Assembly (NCBI GenBank): GCA_013151235.1 | Contig: JAADIO010000028.1 | Coordinates: 1 to 38,646, forward strand | Length of the DNA stretch: 38,646 nucleotides | DNA from: Deltaproteobacteria bacterium | Lineage (GTDB): Bacteria > CG2-30-53-67 | Direction of reading: 5' to 3' | Part shown: positions 18,065 to 26,599 of the stretch, piece after piece | Numbering within the stretch: position 1 is the stretch's first letter | Layout of the letters: every line of letters starts with the position of its first letter | Notes under the pieces: generated by a model | Databases searched by the model: none | The model's input: the letters and a program-made list of their open reading frames with translations, nothing else | Told to the model about the DNA's origin: nothing | Translations under genes and position numbers: made by a program

Positions 18065-19354
18065 CTATTGTACGTGAAAAAGATTGTAGAGGAGCGTCTG
18101 CAGCGGCACAGTGCCCCCGGACTCGTTTATTGTATAGATCATTGGAAGGTTCCAATAATACCGCTCCGGTACGCTCATGCGCAGATGGCCGTCGTACTTC
18201 TGTTGAGATACCACACGCCATTTCGACCATGTATTGTCCAGCCGGGAGTATCCTCTCATAAGGACCTCTCTCCGGTCGCGGCCCACCTGGAAGAGATAAA
18301 GGTTGCCCAAGGGAGACACAGTGATATTCTGGTAGTTCCCGAACCCGGCCACCTTGTAAGGTGGCTCCCATGAGGCGGTCGAGGCATCGTATCGCAGGTA
18401 CATGATGCCGCCATCTTCATATGTCAGGTGGATATTGCCCGAATCATCCGCCGCAACACTCCAGTGCGAACCGTAAGGATCACCCGAGGCAGCGGTCATC
18501 TGCGTAATCGTCCCATAGGTCCAGGACGCGTCCAGGGGGTCTGAATCGTTCCGCCATGCCCACATCTTATAACGCTCCTCGGCGCCCGCACTTCCACGCA
18601 CATCCTGCATGATCAGAACGGTCTTGGACCCTACGGCTATGATCTTCGCACATTTCTCGGGAAGATCGTTCACCGTCCCGAAGAGATAACCGGTATCTTG
18701 CCATGTGGCCCCTTGATCCGTACTGTAGAAGACCTGGATCTGAAAAGAACCGGCCGAGACCGACTCCAGACGGAAAGCGCACCATAACACACCATGCGAG
18801 TCTTCAGCAATCGTCGCACGGCTCCCGAGGTCATTCACGTTGGAACGGAAAACGGCAGCCCGTGTTGAAGGATCCAGGCTCCATGACCTGGTCAACGGAT
18901 CATACAGAAACCTGCAAAAAACAACGTTTGAGTTCGGATAAGGATCCAAGGTGGAGAAAACCAACAAAAGGTTGCCGTCAGCATCGATAACACCGTCGCT
19001 TACAGCCAGAGACCTTCCGGAGACTCGAGCCTCGATCGACCATGTAGCCCCATGATCCAGTGATTTGTAAAGAGTAAGAGGGTTGCCTTCGTATCCAGCC
19101 TGTTGGACCACGGCGGCAATAGCGCCGTCGCGCGTCACCCATATATGGCGCATATAGCGGTGGGCCAGGAAAAGATCGGAATAGCTGTATATCCCGGTCG
19201 GCACATCCCTGGCGAGGAAAAATATCGCCTCCGCGATATCGTCATGCGTAAAGAGGAAAACAGACAAGACGACCATGCATGTGCAGAGCACCGCCCGACA
19301 GGTTCTCCCGGCAAACCGGTAAGATAACACCTCATGCCTCCCATAGACTGCCAT
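18065..19354 (-). CDS. BNR/Asp-box (sialidase-fold) secreted protein
   Basis: AAGGAGG RBS, N-terminal hydrophobic segment, Asp-boxes SLDHGATW and STDQGATW, D.SGNIHL repeats. Confidence 0.7.
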   Translation of the reverse strand: MAVYGRHEVLSYRFAGRTCRAVLCTCMVVLSVFLFTHDDIAEAIFFLARDVPTGIYSYSDLFLAHRYMRHIWVTRDGAIAAVVQQAGYEGNPLTLYKSLDHGATWSIEARVSGRSLAVSDGVIDADGNLLLVFSTLDPYPNSNVVFCRFLYDPLTRSWSLDPSTRAAVFRSNVNDLGSRATIAEDSHGVLWCAFRLESVSAGSFQIQVFYSTDQGATWQDTGYLFGTVNDLPEKCAKIIAVGSKTVLIMQDVRGSAGAEERYKMWAWRNDSDPLDASWTYGTITQMTAASGDPYGSHWSVAADDSGNIHLTYEDGGIMYLRYDASTASWEPPYKVAGFGNYQNITVSPLGNLYLFQVGRDRREVLMRGYSRLDNTWSKWRVVSQQKYDGHLRMSVPERYYWNLPMIYTINESGGTVPLQTLLYNLFHVQ

Positions 19355-19373
19355 TATGCCACCTCCTTTTTAT

Positions 19374-19505
19374 GATGGTCTCGTAAAAAGTCACAAAGCC
19401 CTTCGACAGGCTCAAGGCGAACGGTGTAAGTGATTGATATTCCGTTCGTGGTGAGCCTGTCGAACCATGAACGGAATCCGGAAAACGACTTTTTACGACT
19501 TCATC
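19374..19505. mobile_element. MITE copy 2 (132 bp) with REP-IHF-REP hairpin
   Basis: Terminal IRs GATGGTCTCGTAAAAAGTC / GACTTTTTACGACTTCATC, flanked by TTAT on both sides. Internal 23-bp stem (19402-19424 / 19442-19464). Confidence 0.8.
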
Positions 19506-19550
19506 TTATCTTTTATGAAGCAAAGAAACACGATCCGAAGATCCCATGCA

Positions 19551-21047
19551 TCAATGCCTATGATCGGTCGCCGGCGGGACCTGCACCGCACGACTGGGAA
19601 GGTTCCGCTCCCCGTCCTTGTTTGCAGAACCCCAGCCTCCGCCCATCGACTTGTAGCACTCGACGAACGCTATAAACAGAGCCTTCTTCGTCTTTATGTT
19701 CGCTATCTCGGTGCTGTACAGGTTCCGCTCGGCATCCAGAACATCAATATAGCTGACATACTGGGCATCGTATCGTTCCCGGGCGAAATGCAGGTAGTCC
19801 TTCAACGCCTTTATGTGGCGTTCCTGGATTTTCAATTTCTCCTGCAGTTTTCGGATCTTAAACAGGGAATCGTTCACTTCCTGCAGTGCCGTCTGAATGG
19901 TGCGCAAATATTCGTTGAGCAGTTCCACACGCTGCGCCTCCGCACGCTGGATATCTCCCTTAATCCGCCCGGCGGAAAAGATCGGACCTGCCACATCGAG
20001 GCCTGCGGACCAATAGTTCGCCGTATCCCTTAAAAATTCCGACAGCGCCGTACTGGCATATCCGAACAGCCCGGTAAGGGAGATCTCCGGATAATATTCA
20101 TCACGCACGACATCTATCATGGCATCGGCTGCAACCAGATTTTCTTCACTCATTCGTATGTCCGGGCGCCGCTCAAGCAGATCAGCGGGGAGCCCCTGTG
20201 GAATTTCAGGCATGATCGACATACCGATTCCCTTCCCTCTGCGGATTTTACCCGGATTACGTCCCAGCAAAACCGATAACGCATCCTCCTGCAGCGCTAT
20301 CTGCAGTTCAATGTCCGGAACGGTCTCCGCAACACTTTCAAACGCGGAACGTACTTGGGCCAGTTCCATATCCGAGACCTGCCCCCCACGGAATTTGTCT
20401 TCAAAAAGCCGCAAAAATTCCTCCCTTGACGCATAGGTCCGGCGGGCCGTATCCAACATACGATCCAGCGACAACAAACTCATGTAGCCTTCAGCCACAT
20501 CGGCGGTAAGAGTAAGGATCACAGCATCCCGTGCATACTCCGAAGCAAGAAGGTCCGCCCGTGCTGCTTCGCGTTTCTTGCGCAGTCGTCCCCATATATC
20601 CACTTCCCAGTTCACAGCGGCCTGGAACCTGTATGAAGACTGGCGCCGATCGGGGCCGAGGCTCAGAGACGGAATGTTCCGTTCCAAGCTCTGTTGTTCG
20701 CGCCCGGCTCCAATACCGTAGTCCAGACTCGGATAGAGAGCGGACTGAACGGACTGAAAACGCCCGGCGAACTCCTGCACCCTGGCGGTTGCGATGCGTA
20801 CGTCCTTATTTTTTTTGAGAGCAACATCTATGAGGTTGTTCAGCACCGGGTCATGGAACAGTTCCCACCAACGGACATTAGCTACCCCGGCCGCCACCGG
20901 ATACGCGATGCACCATTGCCGGGGCATCTTGACCTCAGGCCTTTTATAGACCCGCCCGGCCGTACACGCAGCACACAATACGACAAGCGTACAGACAATC
21001 AACAGACGTAGGACCGTCTTCTTTCCCTTCAGCGCGCTCGACCGCAT
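19551..21047 (-). CDS. Efflux outer-membrane factor lipoprotein (NodT/OprM family)
   Basis: Lipobox CAAC, WWELFHDPVLNNLI, WEVDIWGRLR, LPADLLERRPDI, YIDVLDAER and YKSMGGGW. Confidence 0.92.
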   Translation of the reverse strand: MRSSALKGKKTVLRLLIVCTLVVLCAACTAGRVYKRPEVKMPRQWCIAYPVAAGVANVRWWELFHDPVLNNLIDVALKKNKDVRIATARVQEFAGRFQSVQSALYPSLDYGIGAGREQQSLERNIPSLSLGPDRRQSSYRFQAAVNWEVDIWGRLRKKREAARADLLASEYARDAVILTLTADVAEGYMSLLSLDRMLDTARRTYASREEFLRLFEDKFRGGQVSDMELAQVRSAFESVAETVPDIELQIALQEDALSVLLGRNPGKIRRGKGIGMSIMPEIPQGLPADLLERRPDIRMSEENLVAADAMIDVVRDEYYPEISLTGLFGYASTALSEFLRDTANYWSAGLDVAGPIFSAGRIKGDIQRAEAQRVELLNEYLRTIQTALQEVNDSLFKIRKLQEKLKIQERHIKALKDYLHFARERYDAQYVSYIDVLDAERNLYSTEIANIKTKKALFIAFVECYKSMGGGWGSANKDGERNLPSRAVQVPPATDHRH

Positions 21048-21112
21048 CTCTCGTGATCCTTCAATCCGTTCCATTAACATGACATTTCGCACCGTACCAC
21101 CACCGGCAACGC

Positions 21113-22033
21113 TCACGGTTTTCCCACCGGCTTGGAGAACCGGGATACAAACTCCCATATAAACCTGCTTGTCGATACATCTCCGCCATCCGGCGACACG
21201 ATCTTTTCGGGCCAGCCGTGCCCCTCTCCCAGCACCAGGTATAGTTCAACCGGGGCGCCATCGCTGCATCTGTATTTCGTCTCTCTTGCACGTCCCCGCA
21301 CCGTACGCTCCACGGGGGGCGAACAGGACCGGGAGCGCGTCAACAGCCTCATGGTCTCCGGGACGGATCTGTGCCTGACCCCGGACTTACTGTGGGTCCC
21401 TTCCCCACCATTGAACGGTACGTTCTGATCCCGCTCGCCGTGTATATGGAGCACCGGTATGCCCCTGGCCGCATCACAGTTGTCGACCGCCAGGGTGCCT
21501 GCGACGGAGACAACCGCAGCTATCTCGTCCGGAATCTCGCAGGCAAGGCGATAGGCCATCATGGCTCCATTTGAAATCCCGGCGACATACACCCTGCGCC
21601 TGTCGATCGGATACCGGCCGGCGATCTTGCTGATAACCTCCTTTATGAAACGCACATCGTCCACCTGCTGCCTTACAGCACGGCCGCAACAACTCCCGGC
21701 ATTCCATACCCTCCTGTTCCTGTTAAAACTGAACCGCCCACCGGTACCGTTAGGATAGGCCACGATAAAGTGACCGGCATCGGCCACGGCATCCATACCC
21801 GCTATCTTTTCCATATGATTTGCATTGCCGGTCCCACCGTGCAGAACCAGCATCAACGGGACCTTGCCACCGCCAGGCAGAGACGGGCTGTAGAGAATAT
21901 AGCTACGCGCCTGTCCATCGACGACTATGGTGTGCAACCTGGACTGTCCGCATGCGGAAGAACTTCCCATGTTCACCCCCACCAAAAAGAGCGTGCACAA
22001 AAAGATGACTCGGATGACTCGAAAACAGATCAT
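21113..22033 (-). CDS. LpqC/PHB-depolymerase-like secreted esterase
   Basis: GGAGG RBS before ATG 22033, signal peptide, LVLHGG, WNAGSCCG, DDVRFI, GISNGAMMAYRLACE, HGERD and GHGWP. Confidence 0.88.
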   Translation of the reverse strand: MICFRVIRVIFLCTLFLVGVNMGSSSACGQSRLHTIVVDGQARSYILYSPSLPGGGKVPLMLVLHGGTGNANHMEKIAGMDAVADAGHFIVAYPNGTGGRFSFNRNRRVWNAGSCCGRAVRQQVDDVRFIKEVISKIAGRYPIDRRRVYVAGISNGAMMAYRLACEIPDEIAAVVSVAGTLAVDNCDAARGIPVLHIHGERDQNVPFNGGEGTHSKSGVRHRSVPETMRLLTRSRSCSPPVERTVRGRARETKYRCSDGAPVELYLVLGEGHGWPEKIVSPDGGDVSTSRFIWEFVSRFSKPVGKP

Positions 22034-22082
22034 GTTGCCTCCCTTGTCACATGCCGGAACCAACGCCCGGTGCCTACCCGAT

Positions 22083-22721
22083 TCATTCGCTTTCTCCGTC
22101 CAGCAGTTCCGCGGCACCCGCCTCGAACTCCTTCAATTGAGCAAGATTGTTATAAAGTTCGGTCACGATAGCCTCCAGCCACTTTATCTGCGCCTCTATG
22201 TTTTTCCTCTCTGACAGGATCTCTTCAATAGAGACGTGCTCGGGTGGCCTTCCCTGATGGTCGAAGAGAAAGCGAATCCCCTCGCCGATCTGCCTTTTGG
22301 CATTTATATACTCTACCTGCTCCGAGATAAAGGTCTTCGCCTTATTCGACTTGAAATGGCGTATGGCCATCTCCCGAAGTGCCTGTTGCTGCGTGTTCAA
22401 GCCGGCCGGAGCAACCTCGGCGCTCTTGGGTTCGGTATCGACAAGGCCTATTTTTTGCCTCTCTCCCGGCACGAAGAACTGGACAACCCTTCCGTCGTCC
22501 GCACGTACAAGAAGCGCCCATTTCACATCCCGGGCGTGTTCGTTCATCTCCTCCTTGAATATGCCGGCATCGGCATAGGTCTGGTAGAAGCAATACTCCT
22601 TCCGGTGCATCACAAACCCCACGAACTCATCCTGCTGGGAGCACGTGGGCACTTCGGCCCCCGGGGCTGTCTCTTTAGCGGACTTCCCGCTCTCGTCGTC
22701 TCTGTAATTCGCAGAATTCAT
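22083..22721 (-). CDS. Hypothetical protein with C-terminal coiled coil
   Basis: ATG 22721 after AGGTGG, co-directional in the operon. Heptad-like C-terminus (IEAQIKWLEAIVTELYNNLAQLKEFE). Start uncertain. Confidence 0.6.
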   Translation of the reverse strand: MNSANYRDDESGKSAKETAPGAEVPTCSQQDEFVGFVMHRKEYCFYQTYADAGIFKEEMNEHARDVKWALLVRADDGRVVQFFVPGERQKIGLVDTEPKSAEVAPAGLNTQQQALREMAIRHFKSNKAKTFISEQVEYINAKRQIGEGIRFLFDHQGRPPEHVSIEEILSERKNIEAQIKWLEAIVTELYNNLAQLKEFEAGAAELLDGESE

Positions 22722-22809
22722 TTTCCACCTAGAAAATTCATTCCCATACTCATCCCCCCCTCGACCAAATCCAACGCGGCAGCAAGCGACACGGTGCCCC
22801 ACCTTCCGT

Positions 22810-23718
22810 TCACGAATAACCGAATTCACACGCCAGCCGTACCACCTCGGGACGCAACCCTTTCCCGTCTCCGCGCCACGGCAACGATTCGTCGAGTGAA
22901 GGGATACGGGGCGTATGTGCCCTGAAGGCCGGACGACGAAGAAAATTCGGATCGTTGGCGAACAGTGCATTTATAGGTCCGAAGCCTGCAAATGGAGACC
23001 GTTCCGGATGCATCATGGAGTCCACGGCCTCCGCATCGTCACGGATCCCCAGCCAGTTGCAGATCCACTTGAGGTGTCTCTCCGGACTGCTCATGAAGGA
23101 TTCTCCTCGAATACGTATCCAACGCTCTGGAGCAACCTTGTCGAGAAAGTTCAGGATATTGACATTGATATCATGCCAGGCTATCTGCGGATCGACTGTG
23201 ACACTGTCACTCTCGAAGTCAAACGAGTTAACGAATAGCGCGAAGATACCGTTATTGAGATTCATGACCGACTTACCCTGCGGTATCGGGTGACGTACCA
23301 GATGGATAAATCTTGCACCGGGGAAGACTTGCAGGATCCTGTCCAGCCGTTCCATGGAGACCGTGTAGGCCGGACTCTTTTCCACCGGTATCAGGGGGTC
23401 CAGCCTGTCGACCAACTCACGATACACCTCACCGGTACAACGTTCCTCCCTTGCCGAGGCCCAGTGCAGCGCCATATGGATTGTGTCGCCGGTCTGTTCC
23501 CCGGCATATATCTCCGCAACAGCCCTGAGCAGGCCGTGCCTGCGGTTACTGTCTCCCCCGATTTCCTTGGATACCCGTCGCCAAAGGTCTTTCAGTTGCC
23601 GCACATTGAAAAGATTCAACTCTGGCAGACCGAACGCCTGAGGGTGTTGCCCAATCATGGCATTGATCACGGACGTATAGGAGCGCGGCGGCGCCATTAG
23701 AAAAAGCGGTTCAACCAT
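22810..23718 (-). CDS. Sulfotransferase, CurM/Ols ST-domain-like
   Basis: LFLMAPPRSYTS, GQHP..FGLPELNLF, VEKSPAY, FIHLVRHP and DPNFL. Starts right after the upstream stop. Confidence 0.85.
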   Translation of the reverse strand: MVEPLFLMAPPRSYTSVINAMIGQHPQAFGLPELNLFNVRQLKDLWRRVSKEIGGDSNRRHGLLRAVAEIYAGEQTGDTIHMALHWASAREERCTGEVYRELVDRLDPLIPVEKSPAYTVSMERLDRILQVFPGARFIHLVRHPIPQGKSVMNLNNGIFALFVNSFDFESDSVTVDPQIAWHDINVNILNFLDKVAPERWIRIRGESFMSSPERHLKWICNWLGIRDDAEAVDSMMHPERSPFAGFGPINALFANDPNFLRRPAFRAHTPRIPSLDESLPWRGDGKGLRPEVVRLACEFGYS

Positions 23719-23719
23719 A

Positions 23720-26569
23720 TCAAGGTACCCACGACCAGACTTCAACCTTAAAGAACCTGATCATCGCAAGCGACATAACCTTCCAAACCGGTTGCGGGCC
23801 GCATTCTATCTTCGCGTAACCCGTCATACCGGACTTAAGCAGACCGTCGCGGTTGTCCAGCAAGACCTGGACCTTTACAACATTACCCGAACTCTTCGGG
23901 GTCACCACGGAATCGATCTGCGTCACTTTCCCGTTGAAGATCTTATCGTAATATGTGAATGTCCTCCCGCGAACCGACGCGTCGGCAGCCGCATAGCCGA
24001 TATCCGGTTCGGGAACTTCGATCTCGGCCAGTACCTGCGAAGTGTTCTCTGCAATTCCGAACGGATCACCCTGCCCCAGATAATGCCCCTTCAGTTGCTT
24101 CAGGTTCATCCCGACCAGCTTGCCGTCGAAGGGCATACGTATAAAGGTCTGCTCCACTCTGGAGTTGTAGTAATCATATTTTTCCCGGTAGCTCTGCAAC
24201 TTTCCCTTTGCAGCCTCTATCTCGTCGGGAGTCGCTCCCGACTTCACCAACGCCAGTTTGGCGCGCAACTCTTCAACCTCCTTCGCATCCACCTCCTTCT
24301 CCTGTCTGGCGTCCTCCAATTCCTCCAGCGAGATCGTCTTTGTAACGTAAAGTCTTTCCATACGGGCCATTTTGTCACTGCTGAATTTGAGTTTGGTTTC
24401 CTGCACATTCAATTCACGCTCGACCAGTTGTAGCTCTTCCGGTCTCGGCTTGCTCATCAGCTCGTGAACAATCGCCTTCTGTTCATCTATCTTGGCCTTG
24501 TAAATCTGTAACTGCGAAGTATAGTCATCATCTGCCAGCTTGGCGACCACCGATCCCTTTTTCAGAAATTCACCGCCATCATAGTAGACATCCCTGATCA
24601 CTCCGGCGACCTCCGAAGTGATTTCCTGGCGCTGACTCGGCAGCACGACAAAACTCCCCGACGGCTCGTAATGGTAGGGCACTATCAGCAACACCAGCAG
24701 GGCGAACGGGGCCGAACGCATCAGATACTTGAAGACACCCCTTTTCTTGTCCGACCTTGCCACATCAATCGCTTCCTTATTGATGGAAACTTTCTTCCAC
24801 CGTTCGAATTGCAGAGACCGCTCATATACCTCGCTGATCTTTCTCGCCTTCGCTGCAAGACGAAAGAGCAACAAGACCACCAAGACTAGCGTTATAAAAA
24901 CCCCGGCGCCTCCGAAGTGGTATTTTACGTAACTGCCAAACATCAGGATAAAAACGACGAATGTCAGTATCATGAATAGCGCAGAGGCCAGTGCATACGC
25001 CACAAGCACATTCCGATCGAGTTTTCCATACCGATTGCCCTTCAGCTTGTTTACAATGGACAGCGCCGCCTTGGAACGCAAATTGTCCTCGTTGAGCCAG
25101 GCGACCATAAGATAATAGCCGCTGCTCTTCACCAGCGGATTGGCCGAGAGGTAGAGTGAAGCTACCGCTATTACCGCCAAAGTGAGGGAAAAGGACGCAA
25201 TCAGCGGGGTGGTCGGTCTTGATACGAACCAGGCCAGTATGCAAAGAGCGATCAGCGAGAAACGCCCCAGAAGAGGCGCTGCGTGAAACCATATACGCTC
25301 CCGCCGGAAAAGCCGCTCCCAGTTCCTTACCCTGACATGGAAGCGGGGATAAAAACCGAAATGAAGCTCTATGAAAAATGAATCTACCGGCAGGTTGTAG
25401 GAATAGGCAACAATGGCGATCAGAAAGGTTGCCAGAAGATTGTCCGTAAACATGCCTATCATGGTGTGGGCAAAGTAGGTAAAATGGACATAACGTATGC
25501 CAATCATGAACCGGGCGAAATCCTCCTTCATCATGTCCGCATGGCGGTAGGCCACAACAAACGCCGTAATAAAGAGGGGCGGAAGCAGGTAGACAACGTG
25601 CCGCAAGGGCCTACAGACCGGCAACACTGCCTTCAGGAAAGGCGCTGGATGGAATAGATGCCATCCCCTTTTTTCCGAACGATCGTCCCCGGTATGCCGG
25701 GGAGCCAGACGGGGATAGGCCTCCTCTATTATCAACCTGTTCAATATCTTCAATGCTCTTTTTTCACGATCCCCCAAGTCCCGTGACGACCTGCTGCGAA
25801 AAGACGAGGTTTCATCCATCAGACGTACGATCTCGTCCGTCAGGTGCAAGGACGGCTTCTTGGACAGGACCTGTTCGGAAAGATCGGGGATCTTAAGTAC
25901 ATCGTTGAGCCATTCAACACTGTTTTCGTGCGCTCCGGCTTCGTGCAGATCATAACCGTCGTTCCGTACGGCTGCACAAAGGTCTACGAGATCGGATGGA
26001 CGCCGGAATTCACGGGAAGTAAAATCAGCTTGGTCGGAGACGAGCCCCTTTATGCGGGTTGACTCCGGGCCGACCCCCTTCTCCTCCTTCTCAGAGGCAG
26101 CGCCGGAATCCCGACCGTCCCCGGCCATACCGACATCGGCCGCGCCGCGTGCAATTGCATCGATATCCCCGGCGTCGTGTGCCTCCGCACGTACCCCGGT
26201 ATCGGATGGACCCGTAAGACGGATAGGCTGATTATCCACCTTACGCCGGTAGGCGGCACACAAAGGGTGAGCCTCGGCATCAAGACCCAGGATCTTCATT
26301 TCGTCCAGAAGGGCAAACAGCTTTTCTAACTCCTCCATAGTGATGCCGTGACCGAACCGGTCCTCGAAGACGGAAGCCAACTTATCAAAGTTATCGCACA
26401 GCGGCATGACTTCGAGAACAAAGAACTGCCACGGCTCCAACTGATAGGTAAGCCCTTTCCAGTTGTCCTGTATCCTGTATTTCCAATCTCCGTCCACTGT
26501 CTCCCTGAAGGCAATCAGGCCCTGCCTCAATAAGGGGGGGAGTGCGACACGCTGAGAATTCGGAATCAA
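23720..26569 (-). CDS. PqqD/RRE-like + degenerate M50-peptidase-like membrane domain + HlyD-family membrane-fusion protein
   Basis: TTG start with AGGAGG. Multiple TM helices with AAPL and SANPL..SSGYY. C-terminal lipoyl-half/coiled-coil/IRMPFDG and LLKSGMTGYAKI..G. Confidence 0.8.
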   Translation of the reverse strand: MIPNSQRVALPPLLRQGLIAFRETVDGDWKYRIQDNWKGLTYQLEPWQFFVLEVMPLCDNFDKLASVFEDRFGHGITMEELEKLFALLDEMKILGLDAEAHPLCAAYRRKVDNQPIRLTGPSDTGVRAEAHDAGDIDAIARGAADVGMAGDGRDSGAASEKEEKGVGPESTRIKGLVSDQADFTSREFRRPSDLVDLCAAVRNDGYDLHEAGAHENSVEWLNDVLKIPDLSEQVLSKKPSLHLTDEIVRLMDETSSFRSRSSRDLGDREKRALKILNRLIIEEAYPRLAPRHTGDDRSEKRGWHLFHPAPFLKAVLPVCRPLRHVVYLLPPLFITAFVVAYRHADMMKEDFARFMIGIRYVHFTYFAHTMIGMFTDNLLATFLIAIVAYSYNLPVDSFFIELHFGFYPRFHVRVRNWERLFRRERIWFHAAPLLGRFSLIALCILAWFVSRPTTPLIASFSLTLAVIAVASLYLSANPLVKSSGYYLMVAWLNEDNLRSKAALSIVNKLKGNRYGKLDRNVLVAYALASALFMILTFVVFILMFGSYVKYHFGGAGVFITLVLVVLLLFRLAAKARKISEVYERSLQFERWKKVSINKEAIDVARSDKKRGVFKYLMRSAPFALLVLLIVPYHYEPSGSFVVLPSQRQEITSEVAGVIRDVYYDGGEFLKKGSVVAKLADDDYTSQLQIYKAKIDEQKAIVHELMSKPRPEELQLVERELNVQETKLKFSSDKMARMERLYVTKTISLEELEDARQEKEVDAKEVEELRAKLALVKSGATPDEIEAAKGKLQSYREKYDYYNSRVEQTFIRMPFDGKLVGMNLKQLKGHYLGQGDPFGIAENTSQVLAEIEVPEPDIGYAAADASVRGRTFTYYDKIFNGKVTQIDSVVTPKSSGNVVKVQVLLDNRDGLLKSGMTGYAKIECGPQPVWKVMSLAMIRFFKVEVWSWVP

Positions 26570-26599
26570 TTAAATAACCTCCTGATAATGGAACGGGAC

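Noticed and set aside
19529-19545. Small GATC-TTCG-GATC hairpin (minus strand) after the OMF gene
   Set aside because: The stem is only 4 bp, insufficient to support a terminator call.
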